From the NCBI GenBank assembly GCA_043228905.1, contig JBHGNT010000015.1, positions 1,860,001-1,924,000 on the forward strand: a DNA stretch of 64,000 nt, given 5' to 3'. This stretch comes from Azolla caroliniana. Its lineage: Eukaryota > Plantae > Polypodiophyta. Shown one piece after another: positions 59,164-64,000 of the stretch. The number at the start of each line of letters is the position of its first letter. The stretch's first letter is position 1. The translations under genes and the position numbers were made by a program. The notes below the pieces were generated by a model that saw only the letters and a list, made by a program, of their open reading frames with translations, made no database searches and was not told where the DNA came from.

Positions 59164-62100
59164 TTAATAGCCGTAGTTTTTCCGATTCTTTCTCAGCATT
59201 ACCGCTTCCAATCCAAAAGCTAACCGGAACTGTGTTGTCCGGACACTTGTCTTATATGTTGTTCGGTATGCCCATTGCGCGCTCTGTAGCTTCGTGTCCC
59301 AATCGGTCCGGTTTTCATTGACAATCTTCCGTAGAATATTATGAAGTGTCTTGTTGGTGGACTCCGCTAATCCGTTGGCATGCGGGTAGTATGACGTACT
59401 ACGCTTGTGCACCAGTGTGTAGAATGTCGTTAAGCTCTCCACCACTTGTCTAAGGAAGTGACCACCCTGATCGCTAATAAGCCCGGTCGGACATCCATAA
59501 CGGAACCAAATGTGCTCATATAGAAATTTTGTTGTCGATGCTACGATATTATCTCTGAGTGTTTTTGCTTCCACCCACTTTGTGCAATAATCCGTTGCAA
59601 CAATAATATAGTGGTTGCCGATTCTCATCGCCGGTGGTTTGAATGGCCCGACAAAATCCAATCCCCATTTTTGGAAGGGATCCAACAGTAACACCGGCTG
59701 ATGCGGCATCCTTGCTTTCTCCGTTGGCGGGCCCATTCTTTGACAGAGGTCGCATTCCCTTGCATACCGGATGGCATCTTTGTGTTGTGGGCCACCATAA
59801 TCCACTTCTCCATATTTTTCTTGTCGTTGCGTCTCCGGCATAGTGGCCTCCTACCACTCCACAATGACCTTCCCGTAGGATTGCGTCTTTTTGTCGCTCT
59901 GGACTGCATGTCGCCAAATTCCATCGGCTCCTTTATGGTATAACGTGTCCTGTAGTAAACAAAAGTGATGGCTTTGTACCGCCAACCGTTTCCACTGGTC
60001 TCGGATTAACTCCTCTAGAGGGAGTCCAGAGATAAAAAAATGATGAATATTTGTAAGCCACTGGTCTTCGTCGGCCACCGTCTCATCCACCGTATTTTCC
60101 GCGGTTACCCTAAATAGTTGCGCATCCGGAAACTCGTCCCGGACTCCATCACCTACCTCCCTGGATTCTAACCGGCTCAAGTAATCTGCAACTGCATGTT
60201 GCACTCCCGGTCTGTGGTAGATGTTGAATTCGAACTCCTGAAATAGCAGCGTCCACCATGCTAGCTTGCCAGTTAAGGATGAGTTGGAGACCAAGTAAAG
60301 CAAAGCCGAATGATCCACGTGAAAGGAAAATTTTCGTCCCAAAAGGTAGTGGCGGAACTTTGTTACACTGTACACCATCCCCAAGGCTTCTCGTTCTGTC
60401 GTCGAGTAATTTCGCTCTACCTGCGAGAGCTTCCTACTGGCATAATAAACCGGTTGGTACCACCGTGGTTGGGTGAGCTGCATGAGAACGTTGCCAATGG
60501 CAATATCGGATGCATCCACAAACACGTGAAATTCCTTAGTCCAATCCGGAGGTTGTACCACCAGTGCCTGTGACAACATCTCTTTCAGCACGTGGTATGC
60601 CCTGTCCTCCGGCTCCTTCCATTGGAATGGGATTTGGTGTACGGCTGTATGTATGGGTGTCGCAAAATCAGCCAAATACCAAAGCATCCGGTTGTGCCAC
60701 CGTATCTGACATAAAACCCGTCTTAGTGCTTTGGGATTTGCTGACAGTGGTGCTCCCAAATTTGCTTTTACTTTATCCAAATCGACCGCAATGTCATCTT
60801 TGCTCACAATATGTCCTAATAATGTTCCACTCGTCACTCCGAACACACATTTCGCCAGGTTCAAGCTCAACCGATAACCCCAACACTTCTTTAGACATAA
60901 CCAGAGATGCTCTAGGTGTTCCCCTTTTCGGTTGTATACCGCAAAATCATTTAGAAACACCTACATGAACGTCGGGATGAACTCTCCAAATATCTCCATA
61001 ATGATCCGCTGAAAAGTTGTTGGTGTCATCTTTAATCCAAACATCATTACTACCACTACAAAGACTCCCCATTCCGTAATGAATGATGTCTTCTCCTGGT
61101 CTTCCGGTTAAATCCGAATTTGGTTATATCCACTGAATTCGTCGAGAAAGCTATATACCTCATGGCTGGCTACTGTGTCCAGGACTCCATCCGTAAATGG
61201 GAGTGGAAACGTGTCTGTGACTGTTGCTGCATTTAATTTCCAATAATCCACACATACCCGAATTTTGCCATTCTTCTTGGGAACTACCACAATCGGGCTT
61301 AGCCATGTTGCCTGCTTCACCGGCCGGATAAAATCGACTCGAAGTAATTTGTCGATTTCTTCCTTTACTTTGGCCACATAATTCGGATTCATACAGTATC
61401 GTCTCTATGCTACCGGTTTTGCGTCCTTGCTCAGGTGGATCTGGTGTTGATATAGTTGGGGGTCAAATCCTCACATGTCTTCGTACGACCATGCGAATAC
61501 ATCATGGAATTATTTTAGTAGCGCCACCATTACCGATTTTTCTATCGATGGCATTTCTTTTGCCACATTTACCGGTTTGGACTCTTCCCTAGTTCCTAGG
61601 TTTACTTCCTCCAACTACAACGCTTTTACTCGTTGCGATACTGCCATTTCCTGGTCTAGGGCTTCTTGGGCCTAACGTAATTCCCGGATGGCATCCCGAT
61701 CCGGTTCCTTACCGACTTCTTCCGGTTGCACGATATACGGGGTGACTGCTTCTGCAACATCTACTTCGAACAACGAGACCATCCTTGGGTGCTCATCGAG
61801 GTATCAATCTACCTCTTCATCGGCTAGCCCATCCAACATGTTAATGCTTTCGGCATACAATGGTGTTACGTCCTTGGTCGCGCCTGCTCGGGGTTGTGTC
61901 GGCACTCGCACCTTGGCTTTCCCTCTCCGAAATGTAATAATGTTTTTCTGTCAGTTCTGTTTTATATGCGTTGTTCGCAGCCATGGTCGTCCCAACAACA
62001 AAAGATATGCTCCTTGTGTGTTCAACCGCAGAACCACCACGGAAATTCGGAATGTATGTCCTCCGATTGTGACTTCCAAATCCCGGATTAATCCGGCTGG

Positions 62101-63477
62101 TCGGATCGAACTGGTATCTGCCATCCAGAGCCGGAACGGGCATGGGTCCCATTCTTGTATTCCCAACATATTGCATATTCGTTGGCTAATGACATTCACT
62201 CCCGATCCACCATCGACGATTGTTCTGGGTACCTTACCTCCCTTGACGATGGCTATGATTGTCGGGCTGCTGGTGTCTATCACTGCCAGTCCCTCTTCCG
62301 AATTAGAAAAGAAGACCCGAGCCGGCACAGAGTTTTGTGGTGCCAATGCTGATTTCAGGCCGTCGGTGAATCGGGGCACTAATTGCAGCAGATGGCCTAG
62401 TGGCAGCATAATCTGGCAGTCCTGTAATGCCTGCCATGTGGGGTTTTCGTTCATGGTCTCTATTGTTTCCTTTAGAAGCTTCATTTGTTCACATACTTCG
62501 GTGACGTTTCATTCGTTTGCCTTCTCTATCCATTCCATGGCTTGCTTTCGGATTCCTTCATGAGCCTCCCATTTGGCCATCTTTCCTTTTGACCGGGTGG
62601 TGACCTCCTGAATGTCCGTCACCTCCGCAATCACCATATTAATTGCCGGTTGTTTCTCATTGGTCTTGACCGGACATTGGTTGCTATAGTGTTTGTCTTG
62701 CATGCAATAATAGCAATACACCTTCTTTGATCGTGTTGTAGAGTGCCATCGTGTTGCAGGTCCCCCCAAGGTCATGCCGAATTCCGCTATCTTTGATTGT
62801 TCGGCCTCTACTTCATTCAGTCGTTGGGACACGTGGTTCGCCTCCCATGTTTGGAGAAAGGCGTATATGTGGGCTTCAGTGTCTGGGTCATCCCGATATT
62901 TCGAATACTGGTATGGCATGGTGTCGTCGTCTATCGGTTCTGCCAAAGGTGGTGTCGGTACCCGCTCCACCTGTTTCTTTGGTGACTCGGGTGGTGATAT
63001 CGGAGCTCGTTCCTCCTGAGTCTCCAATTGGTTGTGTGGTGGTGTCGGTACTTGCTCGTCTGACCCTGTTTCATTAACCGGGGATGCTGGTTTTTTCGCT
63101 TCCGGTTCTGGCATCGGTATGTTTTCCGAATCGTTGTCTTCCAAGGTGTCGTGACTGCTTCGTTAATTGGATTGAGCATTGTGCTCCCCGTCCATATCCA
63201 ATTCAATAGCCGAGAACGCTCCCAAATCTCTCTCGCCCGCCACAAGGGTCTGTAGGATGGATTTCGTGTCCCGCAAACTGCTCAAACTACTTCCTTTGTC
63301 TAGGTATGGATTGTGCTGGAACCGGAGGGACTCCTCCGCGGCCCGCCGTATCGCACTGGAAAAAGACCGATCCGACTGGATCTCCTCACCCGCCTGTTGG
63401 CAAGCCTCCCGCTTCCGTAGTCTCTCGGCTAGTCTTCTTACTCGTTCAGCGATTGGGTCGTTCGTTGGCCTAATCAT
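59164..63477 (-). pseudogene. A1 gag-pol, degenerate (gag remnant, protease, RT, RNase H, integrase)
   Basis: CYYCMQDKHYSNQC; IVDGGSGVNVI; WLSPIVVVPKKNGKIRVCVDY; FVDASD...NYSTTERE; KWGLDFVGP...SDQGGHF...ANGLAE. Order PR-RT-RH-INT is Gypsy; no chromodomain; the gag core and INT C-terminus appear deleted. Confidence 0.9.
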
Positions 63478-63510
63478 CCATCCCCTCGCTGTTGGTTGCT
63501 TTTCGCAAGA

Positions 63511-63523
63511 ATCGTGGTCGCCA
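63511..63523 (-). promoter_or_regulatory. PBS of A1 (TGGCGACCACGAT), probably tRNA-Arg
   Basis: Follows the 5' LTR after the spacer CAGTTT. TGGCGACCAC matches my recollection of a plant tRNA-Arg 3' end; not verified. Confidence 0.55.
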
Positions 63524-63529
63524 AAACTG

Positions 63530-63975
63530 TGTTACTCCTGGGCCGGACTAGCCACTAACATAGGGTGTCCTTCCGAATCACTTCATCAAAGGGGTGGTTG
63601 CGGTAAGGATTTCCGACTCCGATAGGCTTCAACCGGTTAACGTCTGGTGGAGATCCGATTCACAACACACAGTGTTACACGCATAAGATCAATACATTAA
63701 ACACATGACGGAATAAAGATTAGATAGACAATAATAACACGCTCTTATATTAATGTTCCGTCATTCATACAATGATATCCGGATCCTTTTATAAGCATCC
63801 GGTCTGTGCTACAAAACGGTGCCTAACCGGCAATTGGCTATGAATCAGTCCGGATCCAAATCGGCATACCTCTTCCAGATCCATCCATTCCTAACATAAT
63901 TCTTATTTATTTAATTATACTCTAGGAACCAGGTCACCTCTTCCTCCTTCCATACTTGGCCGCCATTGGCCAACA
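63530..63975 (-). repeat. 5' LTR of A1
   Basis: TGTTACTCC...GGCCAACA followed by TSD TTAAA. Confidence 0.92.
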
Positions 63976-64000
63976 TTAAATATTGGGCTTTGTTTTCCTT

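Larger units (their letters stand above)
15428..63975 (-). mobile_element. Ty3/Gypsy non-chromovirus (Athila/Tat-related) LTR retrotransposon A1, outer host of the nest
   Basis: 446-bp LTRs at 63530-63975 (5') and 15428-15873 (3') with TG..CA ends; TSD TTAAA on both sides; PBS next to the right LTR; degenerate gag-pol on the minus strand; extra ORF downstream of pol. Confidence 0.9.

Noticed and set aside
61688-62563. 291-aa plus-strand ORF
   Set aside because: Antisense shadow of the A1 protease region; no independent coding evidence.
35491-63975. A single inversion between opposite-orientation LTRs explaining the LTR allele pattern
   Set aside because: Both TSD pairs (TTAAA; TTTGT/TTTGC) and the PBS positions fit the present orientation, so one crossover cannot account for it.

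Overview
Land-plant nuclear DNA; a non-seed plant such as a fern is my inference from the PPR style and a Tcn1-like chromovirus. The first 6 kb hold the 3' end of a PLS-class PPR gene (+) and a complete 4-exon BAG4-like co-chaperone gene (-). A full-length L1-type LINE with a 14-bp TSD follows (7906-14173). From 15428 to 63975 is one nest of retroelements that I resolved by hand from LTRs, PBS/PPT and TSDs. The outer element is a non-chromovirus Gypsy (A1, minus strand, TSD TTAAA) with a large extra coiled-coil ORF. A1 contains Copia B, itself interrupted by an intact Copia C and by Copia D and ending in a compound 3' LTR. A1 also contains an inverted same-family copy, A2, that has lost gag-pol but kept the extra ORF. 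A2 contains Copia E (interrupted by F, a tRNA-Trp-primed non-autonomous element with a 4-bp TSD) and a 5'-truncated LINE. That LINE block carries a solo LTR (G), a chromovirus with a self-priming signature (H), a ~147-bp tandem repeat and captured sugar-transporter fragments. Coordinates were read manually; no alignments or database searches were run.
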